Shown: positions 1-9,159 of the stretch, one piece after another
Layout: each line of letters opens with the position of its first letter
How positions within the stretch are numbered: the stretch's first letter is position 1
DNA from: Candidatus Eiseniibacteriota bacterium
GTDB taxonomy: Bacteria; Eisenbacteria; RBG-16-71-46; CAZAMP01
Length of the DNA: 64,000 nt
Reading direction: 5' to 3'
NCBI GenBank assembly: GCA_965224245.1
Contig: OZ245046.1
Location: 4,256,001-4,320,000 of the forward strand
Translations under genes and position numbers: made by a program
The notes under the pieces: generated by a model
Told to the model about the DNA's origin: nothing
The model's input: the letters and a program-made list of their open reading frames with translations, nothing else
Databases searched by the model: none

Positions 1-1613
1 TGTTCGACGACGTACTGATCCCGTCGGCCGACACGATCGCCCGGTCCGAGCCGGTCGCGTTTCCAGCGCGGACGATCGCACTCATCTGCGTGGCGATTCT
101 CGCGGCCGGCGTGGCGGCGGGGTTTGCGTTCTACGGCGAGCGCGTGCTCGCCGCCCGCGCGGGCCAGGCCATCGTGTCGTCGATCCGACGGAGCCTGTTC
201 GGTCACGTGCTCCGGCTACCGCTGAGCGACTTTCGCACGCTCAAGCGCGGGGAGATCCTGAACCTCCTGGGACGCGACGTGGAGCACCTCCGCGAGCTCC
301 TGGTCAACGTCATCCTCGACGTCGCCGGGTCGGTCGTGCACGTGGTGACGATGCTGACGATCATGTTCCTGCTGAACCCGCGGCTGAGCCTGGTCGCCCT
401 GGCCATACTGCCCCTGGTCGGGCTGGCGTCGGTCGAGGTCTCGTTCACGATGCGCGACGTGGCGCGCAAGCAGCGGCGGCGCGAGAGCCTCCTTCTCAGC
501 TCGGCCCAGAACGTGCTCGACGCGATGCCGATCGTGAAGATCTTCGGGCGTGAGCGCTCGGAGCGGCGGCGCTTCGCGCGCGACAACCGGGCCACGCGTC
601 GAGCGGGGGTCAAGCTGAAGCGGCTCGAGGCCGCCCTCGTGCGCCGCGTCGAGGTGCTGCTGGCGCTCGCCACGTGCGTGTTCATCTTCGTCGGCGTCCG
701 TGAGGTGTGGCTGGGCGAGCTGAGCGCCGGCGGCCTGTTGCTCTTCGCGTCGTATCTGAAGTCCTTCCAGAAGCCCATCCGCCGGCTCACCCGCAGTGCG
801 GCCAAGCTCTCGCGCGCGACCACGTGCGGCGAGCGCGTCGCCGAAGCCTTCGCACGTCCGATCGAGCTCGATACCGAGGGTCCCGAGGTCGAGGAGTGCG
901 CGCGCTCGCTGTCGGGCGAGGTGACGTTCGAGGACGTTTCGCTTCGCTACCCCGACGGTACCGTCGCGCTCCGGGACGTGTCCTTTCACGTCCCGGCCGG
1001 GTCGGTGGTCGCGCTGATCGGTCCGAGCGGCGCGGGAAAGTCCACGCTCGTGTCCCTGATCACGCGCCTGATCGATCCCACCTCCGGCATCGTTCGATAC
1101 GACGGACAGGACGGCACGAGGATCCCGCGCGGCGTCGTGCGCCGCCACGTGACCGCCGTGTTCCAGGAGAGCTACCTCTTCGACGGCACCATCGCCGAGA
1201 ACCTGCGCTACGGCCGCGAGGACGCCGACGACGCGGATCTCCGCGAGCACGCCGTTCGGGCCAATGCGTGGTCGTTCGTGGAGGCACGAGGCGACGTGCT
1301 CGAGGCGCCCGTCGGGGACTTCGGCCGGCAGTTCTCCGGGGGTGAGCGCCAGCGCCTCACGGTTGCACGGGCACTCCTGCGCAACGCGCCGATCGTGCTC
1401 CTCGACGAGCCGACCCGGGGACTCGACGACGTCTCCGCGGCCGCGGTCCGTCGGGCGCTCGTGGACTACGGTCGGGGACGCACGGTATTCTGGGCCACCC
1501 ACGACCCCGAGGAGGTCTCTCACGCCGACCTCACGCTCGTCGTGACCGAGGGTCGAGCCCGTCTGCACCGGGGTGCCCCTCAGGCGGCGCTCGGGGAGGT
1601 ACCGGCATCGTGA
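1..1613 (+). CDS. ABC exporter, fused permease/ATP-binding subunit (5' end lies before the window)
   Basis: Frame is open from base 3 (FDDVLIPS...). TM segments are followed by Walker A GPSGAGKST, signature FSGGERQR, Walker B IVLLDE and H-loop ATHD. Stop overlaps the next GTG (GTGA). Confidence 0.92.
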   Translation, partial: FDDVLIPSADTIARSEPVAFPARTIALICVAILAAGVAAGFAFYGERVLAARAGQAIVSSIRRSLFGHVLRLPLSDFRTLKRGEILNLLGRDVEHLRELLVNVILDVAGSVVHVVTMLTIMFLLNPRLSLVALAILPLVGLASVEVSFTMRDVARKQRRRESLLLSSAQNVLDAMPIVKIFGRERSERRRFARDNRATRRAGVKLKRLEAALVRRVEVLLALATCVFIFVGVREVWLGELSAGGLLLFASYLKSFQKPIRRLTRSAAKLSRATTCGERVAEAFARPIELDTEGPEVEECARSLSGEVTFEDVSLRYPDGTVALRDVSFHVPAGSVVALIGPSGAGKSTLVSLITRLIDPTSGIVRYDGQDGTRIPRGVVRRHVTAVFQESYLFDGTIAENLRYGREDADDADLREHAVRANAWSFVEARGDVLEAPVGDFGRQFSGGERQRLTVARALLRNAPIVLLDEPTRGLDDVSAAAVRRALVDYGRGRTVFWATHDPEEVSHADLTLVVTEGRARLHRGAPQAALGEVPAS

Positions 1614-2917
1614 CGACGTCCGTGCCCCGGTTCATTCCGTCTCGCTGGCTCGGCGAGACTCCGGATGCACCGCGCGATCCGGATCTGCCCGAGGCCGACC
1701 TCCTGACCGATCGCGCCACGCTGGCGAGCTGGCTCTCCGCGTCGTGGAACGTCCCGGGCGCCGTCGATCCGTCGGAGATCGTGTACGAATCGGTTCGCTA
1801 CAAGCCCGGCGTGCGGCTGACCGCGGTGACCCGGCTGGGCGCCCTGCGAGTCACCTGGCGGGCGTTCCCCACAGGCGACGCCGAGGTTGCGTGGCAGAAG
1901 CTGATCGACGGCGGCGTTCGCGGACAGGATCGCCTGCGCGCGGGATCCATCATCGGGCTCCGCTTCCCCCAGGACCACGTGCTGAGCGGGCTGACGCGTC
2001 TCGTCCCCGGCCGGCTCGGCGCGACGTACGTCCGCCGCCTGATCCCCGGCCTGACCGACGAGCGCACGCGCCTCCGCTCCTACAGCTTCGACCCCACGCT
2101 GATCCGCTACAAGCCGGAGCGACACGCCGTGTTCCATCTGACGTTCACGGTGCGCGACGCCGGTGACGGACACAAGGAGCGCCGCCGGGCGATCGCGCGC
2201 GTGCTCCCGCCCGGCTCGCCCCCGCCGCCGGCGCCGGAGACGTCGTTCACCCCGCGGCCCCTGGCCTGGGACGCCGACAACGGCGTGTCGATCGAGTCGT
2301 TCGTGCCGGGCCGCACGCTGGCCGCCGTGCTCGCGGGGGGCGGTGACGACGAGCTCGCGCCGGATGCCGGCACGGTGATCGCGCGCGATGACGCCCTCAC
2401 CATGGTCGGGTCGGCGTTGGCCGCCCTTCACGCGCTCGGCGCGGTCGGGCGACGGATCCTCGAACCGCCGAGGGCACACGTCCCGCTCTGGGAACCGGCA
2501 ATCCGAGACGACGTCTCGCGCGTGATCGCCGCGCTCGCGGCAGCCGCCTCGCCGGTGGCGTCGCCGACCACCGTCCACGGAGACCTGCATCCCGGTCAGG
2601 TCCTGTTCGACGGCGAGAGGTGGTGGCTCGTCGATCTGGACAAACGAGGCCGGGCGGCGCCCGAGCGCGATCTCGGAGACCTGATCGCCGCGCTCCTCGA
2701 GGCCGACGCCGGCGCGAGCCTCCAGGAGCTCCGCGCGCCGCTCGTCGCGGGCTACCGGCGGGCGGGGGGTGGCACGCTCTCGGAGTCGGCGCTACGCACG
2801 TGGACCGCGGCCGCCGTCGTGCGCCGGGCCGAGGCGCCGCTACGCAACCTCCATCCGGACCGCCACGCGATCGCCCGGCGCCTGCTCGCGCTGGCGGAGG
2901 ACATCGCCGGTACCTGA
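1610..2917 (+). CDS. Aminoglycoside-phosphotransferase (APH)-like kinase
   Basis: Catalytic HGDLHPGQV, metal-binding DLD and ERDLG; two RYKP motifs. Translationally coupled to the ABC gene. Confidence 0.85.
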   Translation: MTTSVPRFIPSRWLGETPDAPRDPDLPEADLLTDRATLASWLSASWNVPGAVDPSEIVYESVRYKPGVRLTAVTRLGALRVTWRAFPTGDAEVAWQKLIDGGVRGQDRLRAGSIIGLRFPQDHVLSGLTRLVPGRLGATYVRRLIPGLTDERTRLRSYSFDPTLIRYKPERHAVFHLTFTVRDAGDGHKERRRAIARVLPPGSPPPPAPETSFTPRPLAWDADNGVSIESFVPGRTLAAVLAGGGDDELAPDAGTVIARDDALTMVGSALAALHALGAVGRRILEPPRAHVPLWEPAIRDDVSRVIAALAAAASPVASPTTVHGDLHPGQVLFDGERWWLVDLDKRGRAAPERDLGDLIAALLEADAGASLQELRAPLVAGYRRAGGGTLSESALRTWTAAAVVRRAEAPLRNLHPDRHAIARRLLALAEDIAGT

Positions 2918-2921
2918 CCGA

Positions 2922-5726
2922 TCAGGTCCCGTGGACCGCGAACGCTCCCCAGTAGAACGGATGATCCCAGCGATCGCGCACCTCGCGACGCGCCGAACGC
3001 AGTGCCTCCAGGGGATCCCGCCGGTCCGCCGCCGCGTAGCCACGGTGGAACGCGCTCATCAGGGCGAGCGTCGACTCGTCGTGAACGCGCCAGTTGCTCG
3101 CCACGAGCTGCCGGACGCCGGACGCCAGGAACGCGTGCGCGACGCCGGAGAGATCGTCGCCTCGACCCGAGAACACCTGGCCGGTGTTGCACGCGCTCAG
3201 CACGACCAGATCCGCGCGCATCCGCAGATCGAGCACGTCGGCCATGAAGAGCGCGCCGTCGGTGGTGCTGAGTCGCGAGAACAGCGGGTTGTCCTCGCGG
3301 AACACGCCGTGGGTCGCCAGGTGCACGAGATCGTACCCCGGTAGCTCGCGCACCAGCTCGCTCGACGAGGGATCCAGCCTCACGTCCACCGTCGTGTCCG
3401 CCACGCCCGCGAGGCTGTCGGAGACGGCGGCCACCTCGGACGCCACGTGAACGGGCGTGTTGCGCACGGTTCCGGCGACCAGCACGCGTGCGAGCGGGCG
3501 GCGACGTCTCGCGATCGCCAGCACGTCGGCCGTGGGCAGCCGCGAGAGATGCCAGCGCGACTCGACGTAGACGTAACCGTCGTGGAGACACTCGAAGGGC
3601 ACGTGGTGCAGGCTCCGATGCGGAACCAGATGGAGGTGCGCGACGTCCGCCAGCTCGTCCTCGAACGGACGCACGAGGCCGTCGTAGAGCGGACCGAGCG
3701 TGGACAGCGACGAACGCGTCATGAAGTCGAGGTCGACGACGCCGTCCCCGACCATGGCCATCGTGTCCAGCTGGAAGCGGTTCTCGCCGAGGAGCCGGTG
3801 GACGTCGCCGGGCGCGATCTCGAGCACGCGCCAGGCGCATCGATCCCGGCGGGCGCAGATGGCCACGATGCGTTCGTCGGTCTCGAAGTAGAGGATCGCC
3901 GCGTCCGTCGGACCGAGGGTCTCCATCACGAGGTCGAGCGAGTGTGCGTCCGCGCCACCGGTGCCGCTCGAGCGCCGGGCGTCGCGTCGACGCATCAGCT
4001 CGGCGATCCGGCGCTCGGTGCGGCGGATGTCCCTCTGGACCGGCTCGCGGACGTCGCTGGCGGCACCTTCGTGTTCGAGATCCTGCAGACGCTGCGTGAG
4101 CGCTCCCAGCACCGCCCGCTCCTCGGCCAGAGCCGCGTCGTCGGCGTCGCCGCCGATCGGGTCGGAGCGATGGAGACGCTCGCGATGGGCGCGCCCCCGC
4201 GCGCGCTCGAAGAGCGCGTAGAGCCGGGTCGCCGAGGTACGTCGGCCCGCGGACAGGACGTCGATCAGGTCGTGGTACGCGCGGACGTGATCCTCGAACG
4301 CACGGGACCGGTACTCGATTCCGGGGATGAGCTGGAGCTGCCGCTCGACCTCCCGGACGGCGCGGCGCAGGCGGCGGCCGGCCTCGGCGTGCTCGCCGCG
4401 GGCGCGGGCGATGCGGCCTGCCAGCGACCAGATGCGTCCCCGATCTCCCGGCGATGCGGACGCGGCCCGGGCCAGCGCCTCGTCCACCGCGCGCTCGGCC
4501 CGGGTGAGCCGACCGGCCATCACGTGTCCGATGGCGATCAGGCGGTGCCCCTCGGCGCCGATCGAGTCCACGTCGCGACGGTGCATCGACCGGAGCGCGC
4601 GGCGCGCATGCCGGATCGCGGTCGACGGGTCCCCGAGCATCAGCCGCGCCCGCGCCGCGAGGAGCGCCGCGCTCGCGGCGCGCGGCGCCATGCGTTGCCC
4701 CCGGAAGTACGCCCACGGCTCGGCGAGCCGCTCCAGTGCCAGCGTGGGCTCGCCCGCGATCAGGTGGGCCCGGGCGATCAGGACGCGCGAGAGCGCCGCG
4801 TCCAGGTCCAGCCCGTCACGCGCGAACTGCTCGGCGGCGAGGCGTGCGTGCTCGATCGCCTCGGCCGCCATCGACAGCTCGAGGTACACGTGCGCGCGCT
4901 CCCGCTCGGTGGCGGCCACGAGATCCGAGGCACCCTGGGAGCCGAAGTGAGCGCGGGAGGACTCCAGCAGCTCGAGTGCACTCCTGAAGTCACCGCCCAG
5001 GCGCTGGAGGTGGGCGCGGTCGAGCTCGGACAGACCGACGAACCGCTCGAGCCCGAGGCGGCGCGCCAGGCGCTCCGCCTCCAGGAACAGCGCGCGGGCG
5101 TCACGCAGCCGCAGGAGCTTCGTGCAGGCGACCGCCTGGTTGATCAGGAGGCTGACGCGTGTCTCGTCGTGCCCGTCGAGACGCCCCAGCGCGTCGGCGG
5201 CGACACGGTACCAGTCGAACGCCTCGTCGTAGCGCTCGGCGTGATAGGCGTTGCTGCCCTGGACGCCGGCGAGCTTGCCCAGGTAGACGTCGTCACGGGC
5301 GCGGGTCAGAAGTCGTCTCGCCTGCTCGGCGCGGCGACGGGCCTCGTCGAGGCGGCCCACGAGCCCCAGCACACCCGTCCACCCAACCAGCGTCTGACCC
5401 AGGAGACGCTCCTCGTGCGCGGCGTTCGCGATGTCGACCGAGCGCGCGTAGGCGTCGCTTGCGCGCTTGAACCGCCCCATGAACGCCAGCGCCTCGCCGG
5501 CGCTCCGCCAGGCCATCGCGAGGGCGAAGGGGTCGACGTCGTCCTGAACGCGCTCCACGCACCGGCGGAACGCACCGGCCAGCGTGTGCGCCTCCCGCGG
5601 ATCGCTGGCCAGCAGCCCGGCGATGCGATCGCGCGTCGCCTGCGCCTCCTGGCGATCGAGCGGCTCAGCACGCGCGTCCAGCCACCGGTGGAGCTCGGCG
5701 GCGGTCATGTCGGGTATGGAGGTCAC
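2922..5726 (-). CDS. TPR-repeat CHAT-domain (caspase-HetF) protease
   Basis: Long helical TPR-like N-terminus. CHAT motifs LVPHRSLHHVPF, VHLATHG (His), VLSACNTG (Cys), ASNWRV and HPFYWGAF. Confidence 0.92.
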   Translation of the reverse strand: MTSIPDMTAAELHRWLDARAEPLDRQEAQATRDRIAGLLASDPREAHTLAGAFRRCVERVQDDVDPFALAMAWRSAGEALAFMGRFKRASDAYARSVDIANAAHEERLLGQTLVGWTGVLGLVGRLDEARRRAEQARRLLTRARDDVYLGKLAGVQGSNAYHAERYDEAFDWYRVAADALGRLDGHDETRVSLLINQAVACTKLLRLRDARALFLEAERLARRLGLERFVGLSELDRAHLQRLGGDFRSALELLESSRAHFGSQGASDLVAATERERAHVYLELSMAAEAIEHARLAAEQFARDGLDLDAALSRVLIARAHLIAGEPTLALERLAEPWAYFRGQRMAPRAASAALLAARARLMLGDPSTAIRHARRALRSMHRRDVDSIGAEGHRLIAIGHVMAGRLTRAERAVDEALARAASASPGDRGRIWSLAGRIARARGEHAEAGRRLRRAVREVERQLQLIPGIEYRSRAFEDHVRAYHDLIDVLSAGRRTSATRLYALFERARGRAHRERLHRSDPIGGDADDAALAEERAVLGALTQRLQDLEHEGAASDVREPVQRDIRRTERRIAELMRRRDARRSSGTGGADAHSLDLVMETLGPTDAAILYFETDERIVAICARRDRCAWRVLEIAPGDVHRLLGENRFQLDTMAMVGDGVVDLDFMTRSSLSTLGPLYDGLVRPFEDELADVAHLHLVPHRSLHHVPFECLHDGYVYVESRWHLSRLPTADVLAIARRRRPLARVLVAGTVRNTPVHVASEVAAVSDSLAGVADTTVDVRLDPSSSELVRELPGYDLVHLATHGVFREDNPLFSRLSTTDGALFMADVLDLRMRADLVVLSACNTGQVFSGRGDDLSGVAHAFLASGVRQLVASNWRVHDESTLALMSAFHRGYAAADRRDPLEALRSARREVRDRWDHPFYWGAFAVHGT

Positions 5727-5823
5727 GGCGTCTCTCGGGAAACGGTCGAGGCGACCGGCCTGACGACGGGATGGCCGGCGGCGACCCCCGGGGCCCGAGT
5801 GTGACCGATCCCGGACCCGGCGG

Positions 5824-6480
5824 CTAGGAGCCGCCTTCCGAGGGAACGTTCACGAGCACGGACTGGTCGCCGATCCGGAGCCGTAGCGACCGGACACCGG
5901 CCGGCAGGTCGGCCAGCCGGAAGCGGCCCAGCTCGCCGATCGGTGCCTCGAGGCTCTGTCCGTCGCCTTCCACGGACACCAGCCCGCCGGGCTCGATCGA
6001 CGCCCCGCTCCTCGGAACGAGCTGCCCGTCGATCGTGGTCGACCCGTCCGCGCTCCGGGTGAGATTGATGGAGATGACCAGATCCGGGGTCTCGTACACG
6101 AGCATCCTGGGGGTGGCGACGCCCGATCCGCGAAGGTTGAGCGCCGGCTGGAGCGAGTCGCGAACGAGAGCCGCCGCCACCTCACGCGCGGCCTCCGACA
6201 GTGACGACAGCGCCCGGATCGCCAGCTCGCGGAGCGTCGTGCGATCGGGGCGAGAGGTCTCTGCGCGCAGGAACGCGAGGGAGCGCTCGATCGTGTCGGC
6301 CGTGGGCGTGAACGCGCGAGCGTCGGACATGGCGGACGAGAGCATGGCGATGCGCACCAGCTCGTCGCAACAGGTCTCGCAGCCCGCGACGTGGCTCTCG
6401 ATCGCCGGGTCGGTCTCCAGATGATGCGCCCAGAGCGCCTCCCAATCGGGATGACCGGCGTGCTGCGTGTCAGAACTCAT
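5824..6480 (-). CDS. Putative soluble zinc-finger anti-sigma factor with C-terminal beta-sandwich
   Basis: HxxxCxxC (HVAGCETC) near the N-terminus and no TM helix. ATGA overlap with the sigma gene stop. Confidence 0.72.
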   Translation of the reverse strand: MSSDTQHAGHPDWEALWAHHLETDPAIESHVAGCETCCDELVRIAMLSSAMSDARAFTPTADTIERSLAFLRAETSRPDRTTLRELAIRALSSLSEAAREVAAALVRDSLQPALNLRGSGVATPRMLVYETPDLVISINLTRSADGSTTIDGQLVPRSGASIEPGGLVSVEGDGQSLEAPIGELGRFRLADLPAGVRSLRLRIGDQSVLVNVPSEGGS

Positions 6481-7076
6481 GGCCTCGAGTCTCCCTCAGG
6501 CTCGCGTGCGTCGTCGCGCTCGCTTGCAATGAACAACGTCGAGAGCTGTTTCAGGCACCGCCCCCGCGTGGGACCGATGCTCCCGACCGGCAGTCCCTCG
6601 CGCTCGGAAATCGCCTCGTAGCTGGGCCGAGGATCCTCCAGATAGAGCATCCTGAGGAGCCGCCGGCATCGTTCGCTGATCGCGTCCAGCGCATCGTCGA
6701 GTCGGCTCATGTCCTCGAAGCGCTCCAGGGCCTCGGCGAAGTCCGGGTCCGACACGCCGGCGAGCACCTCCAGGAACGGGTCGTCCCCGGCGAGGCGAAC
6801 CTCCCGGCGACCCGCCGCAATCCGCTGCAGCGCGACCCGCCGCGCGATCACGTAGACCCACGACGCGAGCCGATCGGCTCGACGAAGCCGGCCGATCGCC
6901 CCGTGCACGGCCACGAGCGTGTCCTGCAGGACCTCCTCGTGCTCGGATGCGTCGAGTCCGACCTTGTGGGCAGCGAAGTAGACGAGCCGGCCGTACGAGC
7001 GCACGAACTCCCGCCATGCCGCATCCTCCCCGCGAGCGAGGGCCTCGACCAATGCATCCGGCGCCGTGTCCGTCAC
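6477..7076 (-). CDS. ECF-type RNA polymerase sigma factor
   Basis: Region 2 (AWREFVRSYGRLV...EEVLQDT...SWVYVIARR) and region 4 (SYEAISEREGLPVGSIGPTRGRCL). Confidence 0.93.
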   Translation of the reverse strand: MTDTAPDALVEALARGEDAAWREFVRSYGRLVYFAAHKVGLDASEHEEVLQDTLVAVHGAIGRLRRADRLASWVYVIARRVALQRIAAGRREVRLAGDDPFLEVLAGVSDPDFAEALERFEDMSRLDDALDAISERCRRLLRMLYLEDPRPSYEAISEREGLPVGSIGPTRGRCLKQLSTLFIASERDDAREPEGDSRP

Positions 7077-7079
7077 GGG

Positions 7080-7260
7080 TAGAAGCTCCTAAGCTATTGA
7101 TGCTTCTTACTCTAGACGGACCAGAGCCGCGCGGTCAACGATTGCTGGCCCCGGATGTCCTCCGGGCGGCTTGCAGAGAAGTGCATCCGGGCCCTCGGTT
7201 GATACATGCATTCCCGGCCTGGACGGCGCGTATCAGATGTGCGCGGGCGCCAACGTGTGG
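7080..7260. promoter_or_regulatory. Divergent promoter region between the sigma gene and the GT-APH gene, with an inverted TGATAC...GTATCA pair and an IHF-like site
   Basis: AT-richer intergenic stretch. TGATAC at 7200-7205 and GTATCA at 7230-7235. 7090-7102 reads CATCAATAGCTTA on the minus strand, one mismatch from WATCAANNNNTTR. Confidence 0.4.
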
Positions 7261-7263
7261 GTC

Positions 7264-9081
7264 ATGACGTGCGAATCCCGATCCACGATCGCCCCAGCGG
7301 CCCGCGACGGGGTCCTGCCCCGGGGGGCCCTCGTGATGGCCGCGACGGCCCGGACCGGGCTGGGTCACGTGCGCCGCCTGGGGCGCCTGGCCGACTCGTT
7401 CCGGCGATTTCGCCCGGACCTCCCCATCGCCCTGCTCACGAACGCCGCGCGGGATCGGATCCCGTCCAACCTGGCAGGACCGTTCGACGCGATCGCGACC
7501 GCGGACCGCGCCGACATGAGCCGGGCCCTCGCCGGCTCGGAGCCGTCGCTCGTCGTCGTCGACACGGCCAGGGTGCCGGACCTCGACGCGGTGGGCGCGC
7601 GTTGCGCCCTCGTTCTCCGGCAGGTCGTGGAGTCGCACGTCCCGCAGTTCGCGCTCCAGGGCCGCCCCTGGGATCTCGTGATCATCCCGAACCCGCCGGA
7701 CGCCTGGCGCCCCCGGCTCGACGCGCGGTTCACACGCAGCGCCGTCTGGGCCGGATGGATCTCCGAGGCCGTCGACCGGACCGGCCGGGGCGCCGACGCG
7801 TCCGCCGTTCCGTCGATCGTGGTGACCTGTGGCGGAAGCGATCGAAGCGTTCCCGAAGCGTTGGTCCGGTCCCTGGTCGATGGGATCCGCCGGCAGTGCG
7901 AGCCGCTGGACGTGATCGAGCTGGTCGGCCCGGGCGCGGCGCCCGTGCTGGACGACCAGGCGCGTGTCATCCGGTCCGCACCCGACCCGATGGAAATCAT
8001 CGCGTCCGCGAGCCTCTGCATCTCGGCCTCCGGATACAACACCGTCCTGGATCTGGCCCGGACGGACACCCCGGCCGTGCTCATCGGCAAGGAGCGGCGC
8101 CACGACGACCAGCCCGAGCGAGCGCGACAGTGGGGACCGCGCCTGGGAGCGGTGTGCCTCTCACCCCACGACGTCGCCGACACCGTGGAGTGGTGCCGTC
8201 ACACGCTCGCCGGGCGAACGCGGCGGGCCCCGATCGACCTCGGTCCGCGCGGGGACGACGTGGCCGCCGAACGCCTGGCGAGGTTGATCCGCGTGAGTCG
8301 CCACGGCAGCCGGGGCGAGAAGCGACTGTTGCCGCGGGATCGATCCGGTCACGCCCTGGCGCGACTCTCCGAGGAGATGCGCGCGCGCGGCGCGCCGACT
8401 CCGCGCCTCGACTCGCCGACCCCGGGCACGCTCACCTGGAGATGGCAGGCCGGCGCGACCGCGGCGGAGCTCTGGCGGGCCGACGCGCGCGAGGCGTCTC
8501 GGGACCGGCTCGTCTCGCGGATCGCGACCGCGGTCCGGCACTTTCACGTGCCGTCGGGCGGGCTGGGGCTCGATCGTTACGATCCCTGGTGTCGGGTCCG
8601 GTCGCGCGTGGCGGATCTCCGGCGGTCCCATCCCGAGCTCGCCTCGGTCGCCGACGCCCTGGTGTCGGCGATCGACGCGCGCATCCACGCCTCGTGGCGT
8701 GTCTCCGAGGACGGCGAGTGCGTCGTCCACGGCGATCTCCACGTGGGCCAGCTCGTCGTCGGACCCGACGGCGAGCTCTCCGTGATCGACCTGGACGACG
8801 TCGCGCGCGGCCGTCCCGAGTGCGATCTCGGCAACTTCATCGCCCACCTCGAGACCTCCACGCCGGAGCCCGAGGACGCCGACACCCGCCGCCGGTGGCG
8901 ACGCGTGCTGCCCCGCGCCTACCGCGAGGCCGGCGGGACGTGCGACGACGACGTGCTTCATGCGTTCGCACAGGCGTCCCTCGTGCGCCGGGCGCTGAAG
9001 CGCTTCGAGTCGAACCGGGACCCGGAAGGGCTCGCCGGCCGGCTCCAGCTCATTCGACGGGAGCTGGACCCGGCCCGCTGA
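7264..9081 (+). CDS. GT-B glycosyltransferase (GT28-C-like) fused to an APH-like phosphotransferase; start uncertain (7264-7336)
   Basis: GT-B motifs GLGHVRR, VVTCGG, ISASGYNT and DDQPERA, then C-terminal HGDLHVGQ, DLDD and ECDLGNF in one frame. Confidence 0.82.
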   Translation: MTCESRSTIAPAARDGVLPRGALVMAATARTGLGHVRRLGRLADSFRRFRPDLPIALLTNAARDRIPSNLAGPFDAIATADRADMSRALAGSEPSLVVVDTARVPDLDAVGARCALVLRQVVESHVPQFALQGRPWDLVIIPNPPDAWRPRLDARFTRSAVWAGWISEAVDRTGRGADASAVPSIVVTCGGSDRSVPEALVRSLVDGIRRQCEPLDVIELVGPGAAPVLDDQARVIRSAPDPMEIIASASLCISASGYNTVLDLARTDTPAVLIGKERRHDDQPERARQWGPRLGAVCLSPHDVADTVEWCRHTLAGRTRRAPIDLGPRGDDVAAERLARLIRVSRHGSRGEKRLLPRDRSGHALARLSEEMRARGAPTPRLDSPTPGTLTWRWQAGATAAELWRADAREASRDRLVSRIATAVRHFHVPSGGLGLDRYDPWCRVRSRVADLRRSHPELASVADALVSAIDARIHASWRVSEDGECVVHGDLHVGQLVVGPDGELSVIDLDDVARGRPECDLGNFIAHLETSTPEPEDADTRRRWRRVLPRAYREAGGTCDDDVLHAFAQASLVRRALKRFESNRDPEGLAGRLQLIRRELDPAR

Positions 9082-9159
9082 CGGTGCGACTCGCGGCGCC
9101 GGATCGGCTATCATACCGCCCCGGTGACGGAGCCTGAGGTCCAAACAGGAGGCGAACGC

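Noticed and set aside
1610-2917. APH-like gene as an aminoglycoside-resistance determinant
   Set aside because: Only the generic kinase fold motifs are present; the long RYKP-containing N-terminus and ABC/GT context point to another role.
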